This document shows, piece by piece, positions 52,570 through 64,000 of a DNA stretch of 64,000 bases. The DNA is from Octopus bimaculoides (taxonomy: Eukaryota), in contig NC_068994.1 in the NCBI RefSeq assembly GCF_001194135.2, positions 802,372 to 866,371 of the forward strand, given 5' to 3'. A program made the position numbers and the translations under genes. Numbering within the stretch: position 1 is the stretch's first letter; each line of letters opens with the position of its first letter. The notes beneath the pieces were generated by a model that made no database searches, was not told the origin of the DNA, and worked only from the letters and a program-made list of their open reading frames with translations.

Positions 52570-52760
52570 AATGGACTGGTTAAAGAGAGCAACACCGAAG
52601 AAAGGTTCTGAGTTCAAGTTCCGGTGAGGTCGCCTTTGTCTTTCATTCTTTCGGCGTCAATAAAATAAGTACCAGCTGTACACGGGGATCAATATAATCA
52701 ACTTCCCCTCCCCCAAAATTGCTGGCCTTGAGTCAAAATCAGAAATTGATAATAATTTCA
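52570..52760 (+). mobile_element. SINE family 1
   Basis: ttctgagttcaagttccggtgaggtcg...tgctggccttgagtcaaaatcagaa. Confidence 0.75.
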
Positions 52761-53509
52761 ATAATAATGTTCGGGGCTGTATATGAGGGAGCCGCTAATT
52801 AGCTTTGAATGTGTGCGTCTAGATAATTGGCTGGATAGACAGGCTGGTAGCTAGGTCGGTAGGTCGGTGTGAAACGCGTTTCATACAGAGCCTTTATATA
52901 TCTATATTTGCATTCACCGAAAGACTAAAAATCGCATTACTTACAAGTTTCATAGAAAGAAGACGGAAGTTTGGTTTTAGTACACATGCTTTCTCACAGA
53001 CGTGTGTATATCTATATGTAAGTGTATGTGTGATTCAAGTACCAATTTGAGGCAGCAGTTGATGCTTGAATCAGGTTCTGTAGCTCTGTCGCAAATTCGT
53101 GTTTATGACTCACAGTAAATACATACGTATAATACGTACGTACCTATGTAGTATGTGTGTGTTTGTGCACACACTTATACATCGTGTGCGTACGCGTATA
53201 TATGTGTGTGTCATATAAAATATCTGTGTTGCTTTGGCAGAATAAGTATTCACTAAATACTTATAGTATTTAAAGTCTTGCTAATTCTAGAGTGGCTTTC
53301 CTGTGTATGTCCTTGTCAGCTACGTGGACTGTGGATCTTTACAGTTCATACTCACAGTTGGTTTCATTCTTGAATTCAGAGAATAAGCCTTCACATACAC
53401 TTACACAAAGTTTGATCACCAAGCGAGTTTTCGGCCAGCAGTCTTTAACCTGTCTAGTTGCAGCCACTTCTAACTATGCATGTCTCTATGTTCTCTTCTG
53501 TTTTTAATT

Positions 53510-53990
53510 ATTTAAATTCTTCCCCTGAGGAAGGAACTGGTTTCTAACGAAAGTACAAAGCTCTATCGCTGGAATGTTGATAATACAAACAATATCACAT
53601 TTGAAACTTGAGAAAAGTCTTGCATATTTTTATTGTCCCGCTTGCAGATTGTATTTGTAATGTGTAAGGGAGTTGATTTCTTTTCCTGAAAACCCTAGCT
53701 TATCCAGATTGTCACTTCGGCATTTACTCTCAAAACCAAGCGCTCCAGTTGTTATTGGTGTAAATATGAATTTATAATCTGGATGCAGAAGCTGGAGGTT
53801 TCGAAGCAGTTGTCCCTAGTTATTCTCTTTCTCTTTGAAAATTAAAGGAATCTTCACATTAGAAAGACAGCTGACTTTTCCGGTGGCTCATACTTTTTCG
53901 TAGCCTATTATGTTTACACTTGGTAGATGTTTTGATGGGAATGACCCACCAGTATTTCTTGTGTAGTTGTTTCTTTATATATTCAATAAC
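53510..53990 (-). mobile_element. Second REL-type non-LTR retrotransposon 3' fragment (clade uncertain)
   Basis: YWWVIPIKTSTKCKHNR, EVSC, KEKENN*GQLLRNLQLLHPDYKFIFTPITTGALGF and LQIQSASGTIKICKTFLKF on the minus strand. Confidence 0.75.
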
Positions 53991-54040
53991 AGGGGGGGGG
54001 GGCTCTGTATTTATTCCAGGACAGTCTTTTTTTCCGAATG

Positions 54041-54079
<39 letters not shown>

Positions 54080-55174
54080 CGACAATGCCGCGTCGCATAG
54101 CGACGACTACCTGGATAATTTTTTTTTTGGGGGGGGAGCTGCTAATTATGACAATAACATACCCATGCATGCTTTTTTTTTGGGCTTTGTTGAACGTTTC
54201 ACATCTCGGCCTTCTTCCAGGTATGTGTAAGTCGGGCTGTTGTATGGGGGGTCGCCAGGAAGAGAGTGCTTCCTGAGGAGCTAACTACCGACACGTTGGA
54301 TATTGTTCTCTTCATTATGTGTGTGTGTGTGTGCGTGCGTGTGTGTATACACACACACACGCATACACCTATACCTACACAATCGTAGTACCCGTTAAAA
54401 ACGATGTTGCTTATTTGTCTTACAGTAATTCTTTCAGATTTGTTCCATTTTGTGTTTTATTTTGTCTGTCTGGCTGACTGATGGCTATTCCTCTCTTTTC
54501 CTCCTTTTTTTTTTTTGTGCTGTCTGATTCAACTTTCTGTATAATTCTCTCTCTCCCCTCCTCTCTCTCTCTCTCTCTGCATCATTAGCTCAGTCTTTAA
54601 TATCTTATCACGCTGTTCCTACTCACTCTTTCTACTGTAATCTTCCATCTGTTTTCCTTCTATTTCTCTACTCTCACGACTGCAGCCTTCCCCACCCCCA
54701 TGTTTAACACACTTCGCTGTTTGTTTCGCTGGGTATCTAGTCGTTGGCTATTTTTCTATCTCTCTTCCATTCTTCAGTATTTCACCTACCTATGTGTCTG
54801 TCTATTCTCTTTGTCTTTATTATACTTTCTCTCTCTTCCTCCTCTTTCAGCACAGTCACTCTTTTCTCTTTCCTCATTTTTATAGCGTGACACTAAACGC
54901 AAACAACTAAAGAAAGCGCACGCACACGCGCGGAGTATTAAGTAGCATTTCGGGTAAAAATTAGTAATGTTAATAACTGTGCATTACAGTTAGACAAAGA
55001 AAACAGGAGTTGAATGGGAAAGAAATAAAGACTGGTGCGTGTGAAGTTCAACCAGCAACAGTACAACAGACCCTCACATACAAACTTTGACAAACCTCTA
55101 AAAGTATTATTTATTTTATAGTAAAGTGGTATTGCTTAAAGTTAATGGTACTTTATGGGAATCGAACACAGCAG

Positions 55175-55274
55175 ATTTTGTATGTTCTTAAATGGCTAAA
55201 GTGACTCTCCAACGATGTAGTGTGCGCGCGCTACATCATGGAAGAGTCAGTTTAGATATTTTAAAAGACAAAAT
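55175..55274. ncRNA. Pre-miRNA-like hairpin candidate
   Basis: Manual fold: gactct/agagtc, cca/tgg, gatgtag/ctacatc, small loop, plus ctaaa/tttag and attttgt/acaaaat lower stem. Confidence 0.35.
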
Positions 55275-55327
55275 TTATTTGTATCTGTTCATGTAAATCT
55301 GTATGTGTGTGTATTGACACACACAAG

Positions 55328-55377
<50 letters not shown>

Positions 55378-55399
55378 TAAAACAGGCATTTGCTAATGC

Positions 55400-56290
55400 A
55401 CAACATTAGGACAACCTCCCTTCTATGTATCAATGACTTGCTGCAGCAACCAACATCGTCCATTCTCAGGCAGATGACACTAGAGCTTTCATTCTCACCT
55501 AACCGTCCCCAACTATGCACCATCTACATGCAGCCGAGACACCACACACCAAACTCACACTAATTCTGTTAACAAAGTTCTCAAAAGCATCTTCAAACGG
55601 GGATATGTCAGTCTAGTGTCTTTCAACGGCAATAAAACACAAACATTACTCATACCAAGACAACATCATCAAACCATGCCGCACTTAATGGTGAGCAGTA
55701 TGTAAGTAGAATCCTTGCAATCACTTCAAGTGTTAAACGTCACTGTCTCTGAGGATCTCTCCTGTTGTTGAAAGCATACCTAGAAACATAGCTGAGATCA
55801 AATTCCAATGGCTGGTCTCTCACTTCAGGGACAGAAGTTACTTCTTCGCAAAGTAAGTAGTTACAATTCACTCAGTTGAAATGAGGCCCGCGCTGGAGTG
55901 CTGCTCTCGCATCTAGAATGGTGTTGTTGCTACAGACACAGACATCCTGTGCCACATCAAGAAAAGGGCCATCAGAGCGAGTGGCATAAAGTCATTCACA
56001 GACCTGTTCTCACTTCTGGCCTTCAGGTGTGCACACTTTTATCTAAAGATGCTTAGGGATTCCCGACCCTCTTGTCTTTTCCCCTCTTATCATTCTTGCT
56101 GTATCCAACCGTCTCAGGTCCACCACTAATCACTACACCTAGTATTCTTTCTTCCCAGAACAGTTAGCCTCTTGAATTCCCTCCCTTCTCATACCTTTCT
56201 TGTTCAAGAAGATCATTAATAGCATCAATCTCATTGGTCTTGAAGGGTTTTCAAAGGCTATGGGCACCACCTCCCTCCAGACTCAGCAAG
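55400..56290 (+). mobile_element. Decayed CR1/L2-group LINE (RT C-terminal half plus 3' end)
   Basis: LLCINDLL, HSQADDT (YADD), RPALECCSRI*NG and SFFPRT. Confidence 0.8.
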
Positions 56291-57385
56291 TAAAGAAAAA
56301 GGCAATGGTTAGCAGTTTCTCAAGCGTTCGAGAGCATTGCCTGTTTTGTCTGCCAGTCTCCCCGATTGGTTTTCTGCTCCTCGACAGCAAGGCTTTGTTA
56401 ATGTGGGTTTTAACGTGTGCCAAATATTAAGGTGTAGATGTGGTCATGAAATCAATCTAAAAGAATATCATACGTTGCACTTTCAGTCCAGGCAGATGAT
56501 TCNNNNNNNNNNNNNNNNNNNNNNNNNNNNNNNNNNNNNNNNNNNNNNNNNNNNNNNNNNNNNNNNNNNNNNNNNNNNNNNNNNNNNNNNNNNNNNNNNN
56601 NNNNNNNNNNNNNNNNNNNNNNNNNNNNNNNNNNNNNNNNNNNNNNNNNNNNNNNNNNNNNNNNNNNNNNNNNNNNNNNNNNNNNNNNNNNNNNNNNNNN
56701 NNNNNNNNNNNNNNNNNNNNNNNNNNNNNNNNNNNNNNNNNNNNNNNNNNNNNNNNNNNNNNNNNNNNNNNNNNNNNNNNNNNNNNNNNNNNNNNNNNNN
56801 NNNNNNNNNNNNNNNNNNNNNNNNNNNNNNNNNNNNNNNNNNNNNNNNNNNNNNNNNNNNNNNNNNNNNNNNNNNNNNNNNNNNNNNNNNNNNNNNNNNN
56901 NNNNNNNNNNNNNNNNNNNNNNNNNNNNNNNNNNNNNNNNNNNNNNNNNNNNNNNNNNNNNNNNNNNNNNNNNNNNNNNNNNNNNNNNNNNNNNNNNNNN
57001 NNNNNNNNNNNNNNNNNNNNNNNNNNNNNNNNNNNNNNNNNNNNNNNNNNNNNNNNNNNNNNNNNNNNNNNNNNNNNNNNNNNNNNNNNNNNNNNNNNNN
57101 NNNNNNNNNNNNNNNNNNNNNNNNNNNNNNNNNNNNNNNNNNNNNNNNNNNNNNNNNNNNNNNNNNNNNNNNNNNNNNNNNNNNNNNNNNNNNNNNNNNN
57201 NNNNNNNNNNNNNNNNNNNNNNNNNNNNNNNNNNNNNNNNNNNNNNNNNNNNNNNNNNNNNNNNNNNNNNNNNNNNNNNNNNNNNNNNNNNNNNNNNNNN
57301 NNNNNNNNNNNNNNNNNNNNNNNNNNNNNNNNNNNNNNNNNAGGCAGCCGTCCAAATTGTTATACATCAGAGACGTGTACACACG

Positions 57386-57444
<59 letters not shown>

Positions 57445-57511
57445 TTAGCTTTCAGTGAAGTTGTGTCAGAAAACCATTCCAGTGGATCAGACATTTGATA
57501 ATAATACAACG

Positions 57512-57690
57512 TCGGTGTTGTAACCCCAGGTCATCCTTGATGGAGCAAATTTATGATGAAAGGACGTTCCAACTGTGGCCATGCCGTCATTTTATCGAAT
57601 ATAGTTTCTTTTTTATGAAGGCGATCGTGTGTAATTTGAGGGCGATTTAGCTGTCATATCTGACAGATCTCTGACCACCGAGATGCCCCA
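57512..57690 (+). mobile_element. SINE family 3
   Basis: aaccccaggtcatccttgatggagca...gtgtaatttgagggcgatttagctg. Confidence 0.55.
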
Positions 57691-59321
57691 CCTTCGCTTC
57701 CGTAATGCGTCTCAGTATAGTGAATTCCTGAGAGGAAACGAAAGAGGTGGGCGGAGAGGGTGATATTCTGTGGAGAGAGAGAGTTGTAGATCATTGAAGA
57801 AATCACTTTCAGACGCATTAATTTTTATTAAAGATGACCAATTAGTAACAACTGTATCGTCTGACACACACACGCACGCGTGTGTAATTTGGCCTAATAT
57901 GTATTATATTCCTATATGTGTATAATTATTATGCAACATTCAGTTAGTTGATTGGCAAAATGCATCAGTGACTTTCTCCTTGTTCCTTATTTTCAGTCCT
58001 TAACCCTAACCCACATTTCATATGATATGTGTAATTCAACCGCTTGTGTGTGTGTGTTTATCTCTGCATTTTGTTATTTGTACGTCTTGTCTCTGAAACT
58101 GGTTAGTAATAGGTGTAGAATACCACAAGCACACACACACACACTGCACAATATTACCCCCCTCCTCAAAGCACATAACACCGCGGTATCTACGTCACAT
58201 TATACCACCCATAATACTACAACACACCACTCTTTGCCACATCCTACACTAGGCTGCAACTCTACAGCACACCACTGGATATACCCCCACACCACACCAC
58301 TACATGGCTCTTCACCCCACAGTTTGCTACAAGATTGTTATAGTGTAGGACAGAACGTGTCCGTGTCTTAAAGGAATGGTCATTGGTCACGAGACAAACG
58401 GATGTGTTAGCCAGCGCAGCTAGGACACATCCGTAATCTCTCTTTGCCTTATTTTCGCCAGTCTTTCGTTATCAGCATTTCAAGTCCCATGCAACCCTTT
58501 TATGCAGCCGCTGCTACCCTGCTAGATAGTGCAGTAGCAGTCAAACAGTTTGCCACATGCTTCGCGGCCACCCTTTTGCTCCCTGACAGTCGTCTTACCA
58601 ACATTCCTTCAACTCGGCCTCTTCTCTTTGGCTGCCGTCTCAGACTGAAATAATTGTGTAGCCAGAGGTTCCAAAGCCGACACTGAGCACTAACACAAAG
58701 AGTCCTTAATTATTCTTTCTACAAACTTCTCGAGATTAACCATGGGATTCATATACACAGACGCGCGCGCGCGCGCATTTCGCCATCTCAAGTCTAGCGT
58801 ACTTTGCTGTTTTGTTGTATGTTAGAATAAAACAAAGGTAAGGTTGTGTGCGTGTGTGTGCATTATAAAGTACCTAACATTGATGGAGGTGGTAGGATAC
58901 ACACACACACACACACACACACATATATGTATGTATATGAAAGAGAGAAAGAGAAAGAGAGAGGGAGAGGAGGTGGAGTAATATTAAACACGGTAGCAAT
59001 AATCTAAAGACGTCTCAGCAACAATACAAAACAAGTGATGTCGTAATGTCTGTCACCTTTTTTGTCTAATATATTCACTATACTTTCCTTCCGCTGCCAC
59101 CAGACAACACCTCCTTTCTCCAGCTCACCTCTTCCTCTCTTCCTACTTACTCTTCCAGACAGATTTTTGGACGGAGCCAATGGACTTGAACTATACCGAT
59201 TCCACCGAACTGTAATTATCAGGCTTGGAGACAGCTTTTTGCTGGTTGATTTTCACTTTTTATTCTCTTGCCTGCATCATCGTACCTGCACATTTCTACA
59301 TCTACATCTCTCTCTCTCTTT

Positions 59322-59358
<37 letters not shown>

Positions 59359-59536
59359 CACACACACACACACACACACGCATACACGATTTTTGTTTAC
59401 AAACGAAAGAAAAGAGTACTCAATATATGGTATAGAGTTTATACTTTTTGAATCAAAGAACAATAGAGTGATGCATCGGCTTATCTACGTGTATGTACGT
59501 ATTTGTATACATACACATATACACACAAAGATAGGT

Positions 59537-59571
<35 letters not shown>

Positions 59572-60423
59572 ATAGGAGAAAAAATAGAATATAATTGTGT
59601 TGATATTACTCTCAGTTACTATGAATCTCGCGACTGTCTCTAATGACGCAACAAAATGTGTGTGTGTGTGTGTGTATATATATNNNNNNNNNNNNNNNNN
59701 NNNNNNNNNNNNNNNNNNNNNNNNNNNNNNNNNNNNNNNNNNNNNNNNNNNNNNNNNNNNNNNNNNNNNNNNNNNNNNNNNNNNNNNNNNNNNNNNNNNN
59801 NNNNNNNNNNNNNNNNNNNNNNNNNNNNNNNNNNNNNNNNNNNNNNNNNNNNNNNNNNNNNNNNNNNNNNNNNNNNNNNNNNNNNNNNNNNNNNNNNNNN
59901 NNNNNNNNNNNNNNNNNNNNNNNNNNNNNNNNNNNNNNNNNNNNNNNNNNNNNNNNNNNNNNNNNNNNNNNNNNNNNNNNNNNNNNNNNNNNNNNNNNNN
60001 NNNNNNNNNNNNNNNNNNNNNNNNNNNNNNNNNNNNNNNNNNNNNNNNNNNNNNNNNNNNNNNNNNNNNNNNNNNNNNNNNNNNNNNNNNNNNNNNNNNN
60101 NNNNNNNNNNNNNNNNNNNNNNNNNNNNNNNNNNNNNNNNNNNNNNNNNNNNNNNNNNNNNNNNNNNNNNNNNNNNNNNNNNNNNNNNNNNNNNNNNNNT
60201 ATATTTCCCCTTTTGTCTATGGCCAGTAAATGCCACATCGCGACCGCCACTTGGCCAAGGCTGCTCTGTCGATGCCACACATTTTACATAACTTTAACTT
60301 AAGAGAAGGCGGGAAAATATTCAATTTCATGGCAGTCATTGGTTTTTAAAGCAGGTTTTCTCTTAATGTTTCTTTCTTCGCTTTCATTATGAACACCTCA
60401 TTCTCTCTCTTTCTTTCTTTCTT

Positions 60424-60473
<50 letters not shown>

Positions 60474-61597
60474 TGATGTTTCGGAAAAGCGCGTGCGCGC
60501 CTGAGTGGTTGATTTGATATGATGACAATTTAATGTCTATCACGCCTATGTTACCCTAACCCAGTCAGAATACCCTTACATTGTCTCCACCCGTAATGGC
60601 TAACACCTCGAGGAGACGGTATATTCCCTGTCTTTTAGGTTTCAGTATTAAACCAACAGACAAGCCAAAAAGTTTAAGTTTCGCTGGAATTAAAAAAAAA
60701 AATTCTTTGGAACGAGTGTAATGATGAGGAGTTGAAGTCTTTCTTGGACAAAGTCTGGGGACACGAGGCAGGTATTGTAGAAGTATTATATGCAGGAAGG
60801 AACAGTACTCCTTGTGTGTGTATGTGTGTGTGTGTGTGCACCTGTGTTGTATCTGCGTATCTATAGATGCATATGATATATAATAAGTACTTCCTTATTA
60901 AAGTGGCAAAGAATGATTTTACATTTATTTGACTGCTATTTCTTGAAGGTCAACGTATTGTGCAAACACTCCTTTGTCTTAAACCAGACTTCGCATCCTG
61001 GGTTTGACATAATGACAATCCCATAACAAGATGGTGTAATTGCTAGATATTTTGTTTGAAGATGGATCAGACTGCGTGGTATTTATGCATCCCCCCAACG
61101 ATATTATTGGAGTAAATGGAGAGAACCGATAAGAAGTGCGAACTTGAAATGCTATTTGTGTTTACAGGGTTGAGAGACCTTTATCTCTGGTTTGACTCCC
61201 AAGAATCTGTATAATAGCATGGACTCTCTCTGTGAACGATGTTGCAGTGTCTGATCTGTGTGTCTGTCTGTGTTGTTTGGTATGTGTGTGTGTGTGGGGG
61301 GAGGGGCGGTTGTACAAAGGTTTCACGTAGAAACGACCAACATTGTATTACACATTCAAACACACAAGCAAGTATAAAAAACTATACATGTGTGTGTGTG
61401 TTTACATAGATACGATTATATATACATGCAAATGCATACACACACAGTCACATAGTACATATATAAATATACACACCTATGTATGTATGTATGTTTGTGT
61501 GCATATGTGTATACATACACACACACACACACACACACACATACAAAACTATATTTATGTATATGTGTGGTGTGTATTCATAAAATTTTTATGTGTA

Positions 61598-61634
<37 letters not shown>

Positions 61635-61859
61635 GGTGTATTGTGGGTTTGTGTGTGTGTGTGTATGGTGGGTTTGTGTGTGTGAAGTCCATATCTGTAC
61701 CTAAGATTTTGTGTATGTGTGACTAGGTACAGTTTTATACAATGCAGATATGTATGTAAATGTTTACACACAAAAACTTAGAAACGTGCACCATTTTATA
61801 TCCATATACACAAGCACATCTCTACGCGCACACTCACTCTCATACATCTATGGATGTAG

Positions 61860-62330
61860 TATTCGAACGGTTCGTCGGTGTTGTATCCAGGAGCCATTGA
61901 GTGTTTCGGGTCTCACACCTTCGTCCGGCTGACTCGAAGTCTGTTGACATATCTCAGTAACATTCTTCGAAGTTACCACCTGTTAGCCAAACTCACTGGG
62001 GTATTTTACTGGCTATTTTTCTTCTTATTTCCGTAATACTGAGAGTTTCATAGGCCTTACTTAGGGTACAACCTTTGAACCCTCGATTGCCTACTTCTTT
62101 CAGCAAGCATCTGGTTCTTTACCCACCCCCCTTTTTTTAGTCAATCCTCCAGTAACTATCTTGCTCTCCCAAGTCACAGTGAACTCCAATAGGGTTCGCT
62201 GCTTTGTTGCCTTAGAAATCTTGTCTCCAACAAAGTCTGCGGTGATATGTGGTGGGCATTTTAGCGACTTTCCTGGGTCAACTAATATCATCCAGTTTGC
62301 AAGGCGTACAAAGTCAGTCACTGGGGCTGT
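61860..62330 (-). mobile_element. HERO-like REL non-LTR retrotransposon 3' fragment with 3' UTR
   Basis: ANWMILVDPGKSLKCPPHI...LLEFTVTWE, RTRCLLKEVGNRGF, and 3' UTR gacccgaaacactcaatggctcctggatac resembling HERO 3' ends as I recall them. Confidence 0.7.
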
Positions 62331-62384
62331 TCTCGGTTCCTTTTTTCTGCACATCTTTCTCCCCCGTTCTCTCTGCATGTGTGT

Positions 62385-62562
62385 GACACGTAAAAGGCAC
62401 TCACTACTCTCATGGAGTGGTTGCTATTAGGAAAGGCATCCGGCCGTAGAAACCCAGCCTAATCAGATTGGAGCCTGGTGCAGCTCTGGCTTACCAGTCC
62501 CAGTCAAACGTCTAACCTATGTTACCATGAAAAACAGGCACTAGATGATGATGATGATGATA
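62385..62562 (+). mobile_element. RTE-type 3' end with (GAT)n tail
   Basis: acgtaaaaggcac...ggaaaggcatccggccgtagaaac...actagatgatgatgat. Confidence 0.75.
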
Positions 62563-62568
62563 TATAGA

Positions 62569-62614
<46 letters not shown>

Positions 62615-62998
62615 CACATACACACTAGCTGGTCGGACGGTATCCCATCATTCAAACATCAAGCCATTCGTCTCAGTGGATCTAACTCATCGATTGCTGC
62701 ATTCAGTGCTGTGCACAACCCTTCATCGCCAGATATTCGGTGCTCTGAAATCATTCCCCTCGTCAGAGCTTTCTTGCAGATGCTGATATGCGACACTGCA
62801 GACAGAGCATTAACGGTTTCAATCACACCAGTCTCAGAAGGTGTGCAAACTGTTCCCTTGTCCAGATTCAGCAAGTACACAAGGGGAAAAGAAAAATAGA
62901 TATTAAGTGGACATACGTGACATACCGGCGCGCGTGTATTGGCATCTGTACATGTACATATACCATTTACATGCGTACAGTCATGCACGCATATTTAC

Positions 62999-63063
<65 letters not shown>

Positions 63064-63065
63064 TC

Positions 63066-63099
<34 letters not shown>

Positions 63100-63473
63100 C
63101 ACATACACACACACACACACACACATTTTATATACGTATAATGTGTGTTTATGTATATGTGTATATACACACGTACACACATATGTATTCGAACACGCAC
63201 ACATACATAGACGTGATTATATGTTTAAAATTCGTTCTATAAAGCCAAAACAATGCAAGTTATGAGCAATAATACAAGTTGATGGTTTGTACTTTTACCT
63301 GATATTTCGATATTTCGGGGTTAGGACCTCTTCTTCTGGAAACCTTCGGAAAATTTGTGTCAAAACCATTTCTCTGAAATACAAGGTAAAATGTACAAAC
63401 CATCGACTTGTATGATTTCTCATAGCTTGCGTTATTCTCATAACACACCAGACAATGCTTCATGAAAACTAAA

Positions 63474-63527
<54 letters not shown>

Positions 63528-63767
63528 TATAGATGTATATAGATATAGATGTTTATAGATATAGATGTATGTACATGTGTTTTTATATATGGTTATAAAT
63601 ATAGTTTTACATATACACTTGTAATGTTAGAGATATTCAAATATATATGTTACATCATACTAAACTTATGGTACCAGGAGAATGCATGCATGCATGCGTA
63701 CATACACACATACCTGTCATACACGTGTGTATTTGTAAGTGCATATATGAACGTGTGTATATGTGTG

Positions 63768-63798
<31 letters not shown>

Positions 63799-64000
63799 GC
63801 ATGGATATAAATTATAAATGTATGTGTATATATATTTATATATATGTGTGTGTGTGCGCGCGTATATATATAATATACACATATATAATATACACACATA
63901 TATATACACACATATATATACTATACACATACACTTATGCATGTATATATGTATATAAATTTAATTATATTTCAAAATATTACTGTGTCACATTAAACAT

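Noticed and set aside
15226-52760. tRNA genes or CRISPR-like repeat arrays
   Set aside because: A/B-box matches are SINE heads with no cloverleaf. Recurrent sequences are dispersed SINEs, not regularly spaced repeat-spacer units.
53525-53570. CTGAGGA...GAAA...CTC hammerhead-like string
   Set aside because: Stem I does not pair and there are extra bases before GAAA; lies in the REL element 3' end.
58398-58434. Hairpin acggatgtgt-tagc/gcta-gg-acacatccgt
   Set aside because: A 14-bp stem is too short for a pre-miRNA and has no supporting context.
60700-60810. Peptide-like NDEELKSFLDKVWGHEAG
   Set aside because: No acceptor site and too short to support.
61880-61935. Hammerhead-like ggacga...cccgaaacactc on the minus strand
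   Set aside because: Core and cleavage triplet are wrong; better explained as the HERO 3' UTR.
129-63960. Most short ORFs in the track (THTHTH, CVCVCV, YIYIYI, poly-X)
   Set aside because: They are translations of (CA)n, (TG)n and (TA)n microsatellites or N gaps.

Overview
AT-rich eukaryotic draft-assembly sequence, dense in microsatellites, with about 11 N-gaps (largest 19220-19530, 27266-27736, 56503-57340, 59684-60199). The SINE/LINE families look like those of an Octopus-type cephalopod; this is recognition from memory, not a database result. There is only one convincing coding region: a + strand exon (acceptor 982/983, ATG 1042, donor-like site 2489/2490, stop 2491-2493). It encodes a disordered S/T/Q-rich protein with an NLS-like start, a PFDLT CtBP-type motif, three psi-K-x-E SUMO sites and polyQ, and a possible terminal exon lies at 2738-2924. 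The rest is intron-like or intergenic DNA with tRNA-derived SINEs, decayed RTE, CR1/L2 and L1/Tx1-like LINEs, three different restriction-like-endonuclease (REL) non-LTR fragments, Tigger, mariner and maT (DD37D-type) transposon relics, and MITEs. CpG content is strongly partitioned: depleted over about 1-23 kb and 26-43 kb, retained at 23.6-25.8 kb and beyond about 44 kb. The best leads are the orphan co-repressor-like ORF with its uORFs, a pre-miRNA-like hairpin at 55175-55274, a perfect 21-bp hairpin at a Tigger breakpoint, a perfect DR1 and a PAR-bZIP site in an internal CpG island, a 24-nt microexon candidate, and inverted SINE pairs. No tRNA, rRNA or CRISPR features were found, and I cannot claim a demonstrably new biological system from the sequence alone.
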